A stretch of DNA of 64,000 bases from Candidatus Latescibacterota bacterium (GTDB taxonomy: Bacteria; Latescibacterota; UBA2968; UBA8231), in NCBI GenBank assembly GCA_965223905.1, contig CBDCXV010000011.1:928001-992000 (forward strand), read 5' to 3'. Position numbers and translations under genes: made by a program. Each line of letters starts with the position of its first letter. The stretch's first letter is position 1. Below are positions 1 to 9,348 of the stretch, in pieces. The notes beneath the pieces were generated by a model, which saw nothing but the letters and a program-made list of their open reading frames with translations, was not told where the DNA came from and made no database searches.

Positions 1-265
1 GCCTTCTGTTCTCCTGCCTTCGGGTACCAATCCGATCCCCAGCCGCCGCGCTTCCGGAGGCGAATCGGGAGGTACCGGCTTTCCTTCCACCAGGATGTCC
101 CCCCGACAGACGCTTATCGGCACCGAAAACGGCCCGGGTCAGTTCGGTCCGTCCGGCTCCTATCAATCCCGCAAAGCCCACGATCTCGCCTCGCTTTACC
201 CGAAAGGACACTTTGCTCACGCTGGAGGTCGTCAGATTGTCGACCTCCAGAATGACGTCTCCCCG
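1..265 (-). pseudogene. Sugar ABC transporter ATP-binding protein (RbsA/MglA-type second ATPase half), fragment running off the left edge
   Basis: Manual translation [61 protein letters not shown]...[14 protein letters not shown]. Frameshift at the C6 run 99-104; no N-terminal half seen upstream. Confidence 0.75.
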
Positions 266-563
266 CCCGGTATGGCAGGACCTCCAATCTCAGCGCCATC
301 GGCACCCGCGTCCGGGTCCGGGTAGGGGATCGGGTCCAGGAGGCCGAAGTCAGCAGCGGCATCGGTTTTGGCTCATCCAACAGCTGGCCGCTGGAATTCG
401 GACTGGGCGTCCGTACCCAGGTCGACGAGTTGGAAATCTTCTGGCCTTCGGGTAAAACCGAAAAGCACCAACACCTCGATGCCGACCAAGTCCTGCATTT
501 TACAGAGCAAGCGCCGTAGCTTTGCGTTGCCCTCAGCCGGCGGATGGCCAGACCCGCGGTATG

Positions 564-1403
564 TCATTCCCTTACCGCCCCCGCCGTCAATCCCTGCACA
601 AAGTACTTCTGCAGAAAGACGAAAAGCACGATAGGCGGGAGGCTGAAGATCAGGGAGGCGGCGAAGAGCTGGTCGTACTTGTTGACGTACTGACCCAGAA
701 AAGCGGCGCGCAGGCCCACGGGGATGGTGAGCGCCCGGGTCTTGGTAAACAAATAGGCGAAGAGGAATTCATTCCACGCCAGAAGAAAAGCGAAAATGCC
801 CACTGCGATAACGGCCGGGGCGGCCAGGGGCAATACAATGCGGTAGAGGAGCTGCAGACGGTTGCACCCGTCGATGAGGGCGGCCTGCTCCAAGTCTGCG
901 GGAATGGAGCGAAAATATCCGTTCAGCAGCCAGGTGCAGAAAGGGATGGCGAAACCAGTGTAGACCAGCACCATGCCCGCGTGGGTATCCAGCAGCCCCA
1001 GGTTGCGGATCACCTGGAAGAGCGGAATCAGAATCGAACTGCCGGGCAGCATCTGGGACATAACCACCAGCATGAGCAGGACGGTGTTCCCCCGGAAGCG
1101 AAAGCGGGCGAAGGCATAGGCAGCGCAGATGCTGAAGATCAGGGCGACCAGAGCGGTCATCAGCGAGATGACCGTACTGTTGAAGAGGTACTTGAGAAAG
1201 GGCGCTGCATCCCAGAACTCGACATAAGCTTTGAAAGTGATCGACCGGGGAAAGATCAGCGGCGGACTGCTCGCCACCTCCGCCAGCGGACGCACCGAAG
1301 TGGTGACGACCCAGATCAGCGGTGCAACCAGAAAAAACGTACCCAGCCCCCCCAGGCTGTAGGCCATCCAGGCCCTGAGTGCGTCGCGGGTTTTAAGCTT
1401 CAT
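564..1403 (-). CDS. Carbohydrate ABC transporter permease (MalG-like)
   Basis: EAA-like loop LEQAALIDGC, AWNEFLFA, C-terminal FVQGLTAGAVRE. Confidence 0.92.
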   Translation of the reverse strand: MKLKTRDALRAWMAYSLGGLGTFFLVAPLIWVVTTSVRPLAEVASSPPLIFPRSITFKAYVEFWDAAPFLKYLFNSTVISLMTALVALIFSICAAYAFARFRFRGNTVLLMLVVMSQMLPGSSILIPLFQVIRNLGLLDTHAGMVLVYTGFAIPFCTWLLNGYFRSIPADLEQAALIDGCNRLQLLYRIVLPLAAPAVIAVGIFAFLLAWNEFLFAYLFTKTRALTIPVGLRAAFLGQYVNKYDQLFAASLIFSLPPIVLFVFLQKYFVQGLTAGAVRE

Positions 1404-2292
1404 GCCCCTCCTCCTTGAAGATGGTGCGGATAAAGACGACACTCATACCCAGCAGAAACACCAGGAGCAGGAGACCGGCGGCCGCACCCCGGCCTAGGAG
1501 CAGGTTTTCGAAGGCGATCCGGTAGATGGTGATCGGCAATACCTGGGTGCTCCTGGCCGGTCCTCCTTCGGTCATGATGTAGATCAGGGCGAAGTCGTTG
1601 ACCATCCAGATCGTGGCGAAGAGGAAGACCACCCCGATGACGTGCCTGAGCTGCGGCAGGGTGACGAACCAGAAGCGCTGCAGCAGACCGGCGCCGTCCA
1701 TGTGGGCGGCTTCGTAGAGTTCGGCAGAGATGCTCTGGAGGCCGGCCAGGAGCATGATGGTTATGTACGGCATGAAACGCCAGATATTCGCCACGACTAC
1801 CGCGGCCATGGCCGTGTCGGGGTGAGCCAGCCAGGGCACGTTCGCATCGATCAGGCCCAGGGTGTGCAGAAAATAGTTGACCAGTCCGAAGCTGTCGTGA
1901 AATAGCCAGCGCCACATGTAGCCTGTTACCACCGGTGCAATAGCCCAGGGGACGATGAGGAATGCGGTGAAAACAGGTCTGTATTTTTTGATTTCGTTGA
2001 AGATAGAGGCCATCCCCAACCCCAGGACAAAGACCAGTGGCAGGGAGATCAAAGTGAACTTCAACGAACTGACTACGCTGCCGATGAAAGTCCGGCTGCC
2101 CAGCAGCTTGGCGTAATTGGCCAGACCTACGAAGTCGCCGCCGCCGCCTTTGATCAATTTCACCTTCTGCAGGCTCATGACCACATTCCCCACGACCGGA
2201 TAGAGGGTTACTACAGCCAGAACCGCCATCCCTGGCAGGAGGAAATAGTAGGGGGTCAGTTTTTTGCGCCTGAGCGCGGCTCTAAAAGTCAT
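1393..2292 (-). CDS. Carbohydrate ABC transporter permease (MalF-like)
   Basis: FVGLANY, ELYEAAHMDGA EAA loop, IYIMTEGGP. Confidence 0.92.
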   Translation of the reverse strand: MTFRAALRRKKLTPYYFLLPGMAVLAVVTLYPVVGNVVMSLQKVKLIKGGGGDFVGLANYAKLLGSRTFIGSVVSSLKFTLISLPLVFVLGLGMASIFNEIKKYRPVFTAFLIVPWAIAPVVTGYMWRWLFHDSFGLVNYFLHTLGLIDANVPWLAHPDTAMAAVVVANIWRFMPYITIMLLAGLQSISAELYEAAHMDGAGLLQRFWFVTLPQLRHVIGVVFLFATIWMVNDFALIYIMTEGGPARSTQVLPITIYRIAFENLLLGRGAAAGLLLLVFLLGMSVVFIRTIFKEEGHEA

Positions 2293-3553
2293 TGAGGATC
2301 TCATTGACCTCCTCTGCGGCGAGGTCCAGAGCCTCCTGAGGACCTATGGTCCCGGTGAAGGCGGTGTTGACCGCAATGGCCAGAATGATCTGAATCTCGG
2401 CAATCCGTGGATGGCTCGACCAGCCCAGGCCTACCTGGGCCTCTGAGAGCAGGACATCCAGGTCGATATACTCGGATTCGATTTCTCCTTCGTACGCGGC
2501 CTTCTGGGTGGGCAGACCCGTCATGGCCGGCTCGAGTCTCAGCAGGCCTGGATGGTCTGAGAAAAGGGCTTTGAGCACGGCCCAGGCCTCTTCCTTCACC
2601 TTACTGTAGCCGGCAATGGAGACCATGGGAACGTCGAGCAATGTGCGGGGAGGGTGACTTTCGAGGGGACGGGCAGGACCGGGGACCGGGGCCAGCGCCA
2701 GCTTGGAAAGATCGAAATCATACTGGTTGTAGACTACGTCCTGCCACCAAGGTCCTTCAATGGAGATCGCCGCTTTCTCCGTGCACCAGTGGGCAAGGTT
2801 CTCGTCCCAGAGGTAGGCCGCACTGGCGGCGGGTAGGAAGCCCTCCCGCTGCATATCCACCAAAAAGCTGAGGGCGGCCACCCCGGCCGGTCCATTGAAG
2901 GCCGCCCTAGTCTGGTCCTCGTTCAAAACCCGTCCACCGGCTTTGCACAGCAGGGGAAAGAAGCGGTAGGAAGTATCCCCTTTGGGCCCGCCCGGCATGG
3001 TGAAAGCGTGAATCCCGCGCTCTTTCAGAACCGGTCCGAGGGCGCGCAGTTCTTCCCAGGTGGAAGGGGTTTCCAGGCCGTGGTCTGCGAGGATTTTTTT
3101 GTTTACCGCCAAAACGAAGGGAAGCATGGTAATGGGTAGACCATAGTGCTTGCCCTCAAAGGCCACCAGCTCCATGACATTGGGGAAATAACGCTCCGCT
3201 ATCTGGGGAAAGTCCGGGAAGTTATCCAGAGCGTACAGCCCTCCGAGGCCGCCGAATTCGGCCGAGTAGCGGTGGAGAATGTGGAGGAGGTCCGGGCCTT
3301 CACCCATGATGGTAGTGCTAATCAGGCTTTCCCGCTGGGTGAACCAGTCTTTGAAGTGGAGATCGACCTGGATGTCTTTGTGGGTGGCGTTAAAGGCCCC
3401 GACCGCCTCCCTGAGCCAGGACTGCTGGCCGGAGGTGCCACCGAAGTGCCAGTGCACCACCACGGTGGGCTTTCCTTTCCCGGGCCCGGCCTCTCTCTGG
3501 CAGGCAGGACCCAAGAAGGCGACACACAGTGAGAAAAGGAGGTATTTGACCAT
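2282..3553 (-). CDS. Sugar ABC transporter substrate-binding lipoprotein
   Basis: Lipobox FLGPAC, GKHYGLP and PSTWEEL motifs; upstream of two permeases. Confidence 0.88.
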   Translation of the reverse strand: MVKYLLFSLCVAFLGPACQREAGPGKGKPTVVVHWHFGGTSGQQSWLREAVGAFNATHKDIQVDLHFKDWFTQRESLISTTIMGEGPDLLHILHRYSAEFGGLGGLYALDNFPDFPQIAERYFPNVMELVAFEGKHYGLPITMLPFVLAVNKKILADHGLETPSTWEELRALGPVLKERGIHAFTMPGGPKGDTSYRFFPLLCKAGGRVLNEDQTRAAFNGPAGVAALSFLVDMQREGFLPAASAAYLWDENLAHWCTEKAAISIEGPWWQDVVYNQYDFDLSKLALAPVPGPARPLESHPPRTLLDVPMVSIAGYSKVKEEAWAVLKALFSDHPGLLRLEPAMTGLPTQKAAYEGEIESEYIDLDVLLSEAQVGLGWSSHPRIAEIQIILAIAVNTAFTGTIGPQEALDLAAEEVNEILNDF

Positions 3554-3569
3554 CTCCCATCTCATCAGC

Positions 3570-4609
3570 TCAAACCTCCACTTCGCGTCCCTGTTCAGCC
3601 GATTCGTACATGCCCACCAGAATGCGATGCACGGTAAGGGCATCTTTGTAGGTGACGATGGATTCGCCATTTTCCTAGATGGTCGCTATGAACTCTTCGT
3701 GCGCGGCGGCGTACTGGTTCTTGGGCTCGGGCTCTGCGGCCAGCTCGACTGGGACGATTTTTTCGCGTTCTTCAAGTTCCACGGGTCCACTGTCTTTAGC
3801 CACTCCCAGGGTCCCATTTTTCTCGAATCCGGTCTCCCGTCCGCCGGGATGGGTCAGCCAGCTCCCCTCGATCGACATGGATGAGCCATCTACAAAGCGC
3901 ACGTGAGCGTGCCCGAAGTCCTCTACTGTGACTTCGCAGATCTGGCCCTCAAAGTGAATCGGCGGATCAGGCATTTTGTCGATCCGGCAGTTGGTCGATC
4001 CACTCACTGTCACCGGCTCCGGCATCCCGATAACCCACAGTGCCGCATCTAAGATGTGTATCACCGTGGCTCCCATCACCCCGCCAAAGAAATATTCCTT
4101 GCGGTGGTGGAAGCGCCCCCAAGGGTAGGCGTAGGCCATGACGTGCCCTCCCCGGACCCGAGTGTGGTAGACTTGTCCGAGTTTGCCTGCGGCGATGAAG
4201 TCTCCGAGGGCTCGAAAGGCGCGATTCTGCCGCATCTGAAACCCCATGGTGAACAGCTTTCCGGTTTTTTCCCCTGCTTCTACTATGGCTTCGGCCTCAG
4301 CTATGTTCATGCACAGCGGCTTCTCGCACAGGACGTTGGCACCGGCCTCAAAGGCGGCTATATATACTGTGCTCGGCGTGATACAGGGCCGGAGAGGCGA
4401 CCACCACATAGTCTGGTTTCTCCACCTGCAACATGGCCCGATAGTCCGCATAGGTGGCGGTCACTCTGTACTCTGCGGCAACGGCTTCCAGAGTAAAAGG
4501 ATCGGGATCGACCAAGGCGATGACTTCGGCATCGGCGGCCATGCCCCAGCGCTCTGAGATGCCCTCTGCCCATGGCGCCCCCACCGATTACAGCGGTTCT
4601 GACGCTCAT
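3570..4609 (-). pseudogene. Gfo/Idh/MocA family oxidoreductase, disrupted
   Basis: MSVRTAVIGGGAMG start and VLCEKP motif spread over three frames (shifts near 4545 and 4365), plus an in-frame TAG at 3675 followed by the conserved C-terminus ...GMYESAEQGREVEV. Confidence 0.8.
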
Positions 4610-4649
4610 CTTATTCCTTCACTTGACGGGTTTATCGGGACGGCAAGTC

Positions 4650-5756
4650 CTATCCCAAATGCATGGCCTCGCCGCCGAGCAAAAAACTACGGGTGTCGTA
4701 ACGACCAGGACGCTGTACGGGCAGCTGGCCCGATTCCACCATCAGGTCGAGTGGATTGTCGCGGGTCTGCAGGGGCAAATACACTTTCTCGTGACAGCGT
4801 GCCGATTCAAAGACCCCCATCATCATATGCATGGTCCACAACCCGTTTTCCGCCTGGTTGCGGTGGACGCAGCGGCCTTCGATCCAGTCGACTAGTTCCC
4901 GGGCCTGGGCAGCCATAGGTTCGACATTTTCCACTTCCACGTCCTTCCAGCCTTTGGTCTTGACATTGAAATAGCGTATCCAGCCATCGTCGAAGTCAAT
5001 CACGCCCTCAGTACCCTGCACAAAAGCCCACTTTTGCTCGGGCACCAGATCCGTCTGGAAGGTTCCCTGAACCCCACCTGCAAAGCGCAGAAATCCCGCC
5101 ACGCAGTCTTCGCAGCGTACACTGCGCTCGTAGCGGTCGGTCTTGCGCTCCACCTGACCGAAGACCCACTCGACTTCGGGATTGCCCAAGATGTAGCGCA
5201 TGCAGTCCAGCCCATGGCTGGTGGCATTGAGCAAGCCCGTCAGACGGGTATGCGACACCCGCTCCACTTGGCCGACGGCACCCTTGGCAATGAGCTCTTT
5301 GGCCTTGGTCCAGGCCCCCAGGAAGCGGCGCTGGAAGCCAATGGCCAGTTTGACCTGGTTGCGCTGACAGGCGATCACCATTTCCTCGGCCTCTCCCAGG
5401 GAAGTAGCCATGGGCTTTTCGGTGAGAATAGCCTTGGGCTGGCGAGCTGCTGCTGAGATAGTCATCTCTGCATGCAGCGGGTGCCAAGTGCACACACTGA
5501 CGATATCGGGGCGCTCTTTGTCCAGCATCTCCCGGTAGTCCCCGTAGATTTTGGGCACGCCGAATTCTCGGGAAAACCGCTGCCCCCTGGCCTCGTCGGG
5601 ATCGGCCCCGGCCACCAAGTCGATCGCATCCACTCCGCTGTAGCCCCGGGCGTGCGACCCGGCTATGCTGCCGCAGCCGATGATGGCCGCCCGGTAGCGA
5701 GATGGCGACTGCACCGGTCTCTTCTTCCGCTTTGCTTCTGCTTGGGCCTTTGCCAT
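4650..5756 (-). CDS. Gfo/Idh/MocA family oxidoreductase
   Basis: AIIGCGSIA Rossmann motif, TEKPMA, GFQRRF. Confidence 0.92.
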   Translation of the reverse strand: MAKAQAEAKRKKRPVQSPSRYRAAIIGCGSIAGSHARGYSGVDAIDLVAGADPDEARGQRFSREFGVPKIYGDYREMLDKERPDIVSVCTWHPLHAEMTISAAARQPKAILTEKPMATSLGEAEEMVIACQRNQVKLAIGFQRRFLGAWTKAKELIAKGAVGQVERVSHTRLTGLLNATSHGLDCMRYILGNPEVEWVFGQVERKTDRYERSVRCEDCVAGFLRFAGGVQGTFQTDLVPEQKWAFVQGTEGVIDFDDGWIRYFNVKTKGWKDVEVENVEPMAAQARELVDWIEGRCVHRNQAENGLWTMHMMMGVFESARCHEKVYLPLQTRDNPLDLMVESGQLPVQRPGRYDTRSFLLGGEAMHLG

Positions 5757-5795
5757 ATTCCCTCCCTTGCCGCCAAGCACAATTTTGGACCCTTA

Positions 5796-5847
5796 GAGCC
5801 TATAAAAAAATCCGCGTGAGGCCAGGCCGGAATTTTCACATAGGCCC
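5796..5847. mobile_element. 52-bp miniature inverted-repeat element (IS5/IS1031-like ends)
   Basis: Left end GAGCCTATAAAAAAATCC vs reverse complement of right end GGGCCTATGTGAAAATTCC; flanked by TTA on both sides (5793-5795, 5848-5850). Confidence 0.5.
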
Positions 5848-5954
5848 TTAATCATAGCGACAACCGCTACCTCGAATCAAGGATGATTTTGGCGCGACAA
5901 GGCGACTGTCCCCGCTCTCGCTTGACACCAATCTGCCGCAGACCATAACTTATG

Positions 5955-6383
5955 CCTGAATCCGTGATCGTTTATTAGCGAGTGGTCAAGTTTGGTATTT
6001 AGCTGAATCATGCGCTTTTCAACAGGGGATTTGGGTGTCAGCAACTGCCTATTACGGCTGATGCCGCTGTCGATGGCTCTCGACGTCGGTGGGAGTCGCA
6101 AGAGCGGGCATACCGGTGCCCTGAGTGTCATCACGTCGCCGTGAGAAAACTCGGGCTGAGGTCGCTCGGCCAAGGTGATCTCATCCACCCGCGCAGCCAG
6201 GCACGTACGTCCCATCAAGGCCAGCCCGGAATGCGACGTCAGCGTTTCTTCGCCCTGCGTAATTTGAAACGAAACCGGTTTCAATGCTTCACCTCCAAGG
6301 TGAGTCCAAATCCAGCTCTACTATACCCTCGATTCCCCTCGGAAGACAACAAAAAATAAAGGCCTCCACTTCACGGATTCAGG
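5955..6383 (-). mobile_element. Internally deleted IS1380-family element (429 bp)
   Basis: Perfect 13-bp TIR CCTGAATCCGTGA (5955-5967 / 6371-6383); 5-bp TSD TTATG (5950-5954 / 6384-6388); internal ORF start MKPVSFQITQGEETLTSHSGLAL resembles the IS1380 transposase N-terminus. Confidence 0.82.
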
Positions 6384-6385
6384 TT

Positions 6386-8395
6386 ATGGCCAAGTCGCAT
6401 GAAACCCCGTGCATAAACCTGCTGCGCATGCCTGAAAGTCCCGCTCAGACCGCGGCCAGTGGCCTCACCCTGCGCTCCCTGCTCCTCGGGATCGCCGTAG
6501 TGGTGGTCGTGTGTCTGGGAACCCCTTTCGGGAACTGGGTCCTGGGCTCTTCCGAACTCACTTGGTCCTACTTCCCGATCGGCGTGGGCTTTCCCTTTAC
6601 CTGCATCCTCTTTCTCCACATCCTGCTAAAGTCCATAAACCGGAACTGGGCCCTGCGCCCAGCCGAGTTGATCACCATCGTGGTCATGGGACTGGTGGTC
6701 ACCCGGATTCCCAACTTCCTGTGCGGCTATCTCCTCGCCATTCCCACCACCCCCTATTACTTTACATCCGCCGAAAACCAGTGGGGCAAGTACGTCGTAC
6801 CCAACCTGCCCCAGTGGCTCCTGCCCAGCAACGCCGGGCTGGCCATGACTTGGTTTTTCGAAGGTTTGCCCCCGGGGGAACCCGTTCCCTGGAGCACCCT
6901 GCTGGCGGCTTGGATCCCACCCCTGTTTTGGTGGCTGAGTTTTCTGTGGACCCTGTTCTTCGTCACCTTCTGTCTGGTCGTCATCTTGCGCAAGCAGTGG
7001 GTCGAGCGCGAGCGCCTGGACTTTCCTCTCATGGAAGTACCTCACGCCCTGATCGCCGATGCCGACGGCCCTGCGCGCGTGCCGGCCATCCTGCGCACCC
7101 GGCTGTTCTGGATCGGCGCCAGTGTGCCGCTCTTCGTCGTCTTCTGGAACATCGCTGGCTTCTTTTTCCACTACGTACCTCAAATTGCCTGGGACTATCC
7201 GGTGCAAATCGCCCGTGGCTTTCCCTCTCTCAACATCCGGCTCTACTTTCCAGTTATCGGTTTTCTCTACTTTGCCAAGCTGAATGTGTCGTTCAGTCTG
7301 TGGTTCTTCTTCGCGATCTGTCTGGTAGAAGAGGGTATCTTCAACCGCTTTGGCCTCGGCGTTACTGAATCGGATGCCTTTGTCTGGGGCCTGCCCTCCA
7401 CTTCCTGGCAGTCCTGGGGAGCCTTTGTAGTCATGGTCTTGTGGGGGCTGTGGATGGCTCGCAGCCACCTTAGAGACGTTTTCCTCAAGGCCTGGAATCC
7501 CCGCTATCCCGTAGACGAATCCAGGGAACTGCTCTCCTACAGGGTAGCGGCGTATGGGCTGGTGCTGGGCTCGATCTACATGCTGCTGTGGCTACACCGC
7601 GCCGGCATGTCCTTTCCGGTCGCCGGCCTCTTTCTGGCCGGAGTGCTCATCGCCCATCTGGGTATCACCCGTCTGGTAATCCAGGCCGGGGTCTATTATC
7701 TGACCACGCCAGTGGTTTCCCAGGCTATGACCATGGCAACCTTTGGCACCAACGCCATCTCCGCCTCCGGCCTGGCCACCCTGGGGCTGTGCTATTCGTT
7801 TTTCGGCGACGTGCAATCGCTGTTCATGCCCTCTGCAGCCCACGCTGCCAAACTGCATGATGCCATGCGCACGACCCGACGCGGCCTGGGCCTGGCCGTG
7901 CTTCTGGCCGTCTTCCTGGGTTTTATCCTCGCCTTGTCCTTCATCCTCTACAGCGCCTATGACCAAGGTGCTTCCAACTTTAATTCCTGGATCTACCGGG
8001 TTTCGTCCGGGGCCGGAGTACTGGCCTTCGACAATGTCGTAGCCAAGATAAAAAATCCGGTCGGACCCCACCTGCAGAAGCTGGGTTTCTTCAGTGGGGG
8101 AGCCCTGGTTATGGCTGTGCTGACCTTCATGCAGTACCGCTTTCCCTGGTGGCCGCTCCACCCCATCGGTCTGCCCATCGCCGCCGTCTGGATGATCCGC
8201 AACCAAGTCGGCGCAATTTTCTTAGCCTGGGCGGCCAAGAGCGTCATCATGCGCTTTGGCGGTATTGACCTGTACCGACGAGCCTCGCCGTTTTTCATTG
8301 GTCTGATCCTCGGCCATTTCCTCGGCGTGGGCATCTCCTTCATTGTCGACATGATCTTCTTCCCCGGCAACGGCCATGGTATCCTCCACGGCTAA
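6386..8395 (+). CDS. Polytopic membrane protein, DUF6785/DUF6784-type putative peptide transporter (start 6386 or 6428)
   Basis: Many TM helices; LTLRSLLLG, ILRKQWVERERLDFP, RFPWWPLHPIG and PFFIGLILG motifs. Confidence 0.8.
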   Translation: MAKSHETPCINLLRMPESPAQTAASGLTLRSLLLGIAVVVVVCLGTPFGNWVLGSSELTWSYFPIGVGFPFTCILFLHILLKSINRNWALRPAELITIVVMGLVVTRIPNFLCGYLLAIPTTPYYFTSAENQWGKYVVPNLPQWLLPSNAGLAMTWFFEGLPPGEPVPWSTLLAAWIPPLFWWLSFLWTLFFVTFCLVVILRKQWVERERLDFPLMEVPHALIADADGPARVPAILRTRLFWIGASVPLFVVFWNIAGFFFHYVPQIAWDYPVQIARGFPSLNIRLYFPVIGFLYFAKLNVSFSLWFFFAICLVEEGIFNRFGLGVTESDAFVWGLPSTSWQSWGAFVVMVLWGLWMARSHLRDVFLKAWNPRYPVDESRELLSYRVAAYGLVLGSIYMLLWLHRAGMSFPVAGLFLAGVLIAHLGITRLVIQAGVYYLTTPVVSQAMTMATFGTNAISASGLATLGLCYSFFGDVQSLFMPSAAHAAKLHDAMRTTRRGLGLAVLLAVFLGFILALSFILYSAYDQGASNFNSWIYRVSSGAGVLAFDNVVAKIKNPVGPHLQKLGFFSGGALVMAVLTFMQYRFPWWPLHPIGLPIAAVWMIRNQVGAIFLAWAAKSVIMRFGGIDLYRRASPFFIGLILGHFLGVGISFIVDMIFFPGNGHGILHG

Positions 8396-8406
8396 AGGAG
8401 TGCGCC

Positions 8407-9237
8407 ATGAGACTGAAATTCGCCATCCTCACAGCACTTGTCCTCGGCTGCACCGTCAGAGCCGAATGGAATGCGGATCTTCCCACTATCCACGTGCCTT
8501 TCCTCGAAAAAGCCCCCCACATCGACGGGGATCTGAGGGAGTGGAAAGAGCTGGCCTTCACCGACGGGGTGTGGGATATCTATCGGGTACAGCATGCTTC
8601 CTGGTATACACCTGAGCTCAACCGCCTGACAGATCACGGCAATGAGCCGAATCCGGAGGAAGATCTGGCGGCGCGCTACTACACCGCCTGGGATGACCAA
8701 TACCTCTACATGGGTGCCGAGGTGCGCGACAATGTAAACGACGTGGACGATCCGGAACACGCGCCCTATCGCTGGTACTTCAAAGACTGCGTCGTCTGGT
8801 TCATAGAAGCTCCCTGGGACAAAAAAGAAGAGCATTTTGGCCAGGGCGACCATGGCTTCTGCTTCGTGATCGATACTCGCAAGCCTGCCTACGGAGCCTG
8901 GTGGCGCCATGGAGATACCATGAGAGAGTACCTAGAAGAGCCCTTGCCCCCGGAAGCTGTGGACTACGCCATCCGCATGGACCCCTGGGGTAGGAGCAAG
9001 GCAGACTTCACCCTCGAAGCCCGGGTGGATATGGCTGCCACCCTGGGCAAGAGCGATCCGCAGTGGAAGCCCCCACAGATCGGCGATGTCTACGGGGTGC
9101 AGATCGTCCATACAGATCCGGACGGAGGGGCCTACGGCGGCCATTTGCTGGTCTACGGCGAAACCGATGACGATACCAATTGGGGAAAAATGATACTGGT
9201 CGGGCCGCGGCAACCCCTGGAACGTCGGGAAAAATAG
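8407..9237 (+). CDS. Secreted CBM9-like sugar-binding domain protein
   Basis: Signal peptide; APHIDGDLREW and AWDDQYLYMGAEVRD motifs. Confidence 0.7.
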   Translation: MRLKFAILTALVLGCTVRAEWNADLPTIHVPFLEKAPHIDGDLREWKELAFTDGVWDIYRVQHASWYTPELNRLTDHGNEPNPEEDLAARYYTAWDDQYLYMGAEVRDNVNDVDDPEHAPYRWYFKDCVVWFIEAPWDKKEEHFGQGDHGFCFVIDTRKPAYGAWWRHGDTMREYLEEPLPPEAVDYAIRMDPWGRSKADFTLEARVDMAATLGKSDPQWKPPQIGDVYGVQIVHTDPDGGAYGGHLLVYGETDDDTNWGKMILVGPRQPLERREK

Positions 9238-9348
9238 ATCCTGCTCGGCGAATACCTCAAGCAAAAGCTTCGAGTGCTCGAACCGAGCCTTGCGGCCATG
9301 AGCGGAGAAGGCGCTGCCCGACCCGCGTGGCGTCCACGGTCACCGGAG

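Noticed and set aside
373-567. Short ORF ending in TGA with an open frame continuing, as a possible second selenoprotein
   Set aside because: No redox motif, recognisable family or clear SECIS hairpin
3675-3677. In-frame TAG in the Gfo/Idh/MocA gene as possible pyrrolysine or readthrough
   Set aside because: Non-catalytic position, and the gene also has two frameshifts; a simple nonsense lesion is more likely
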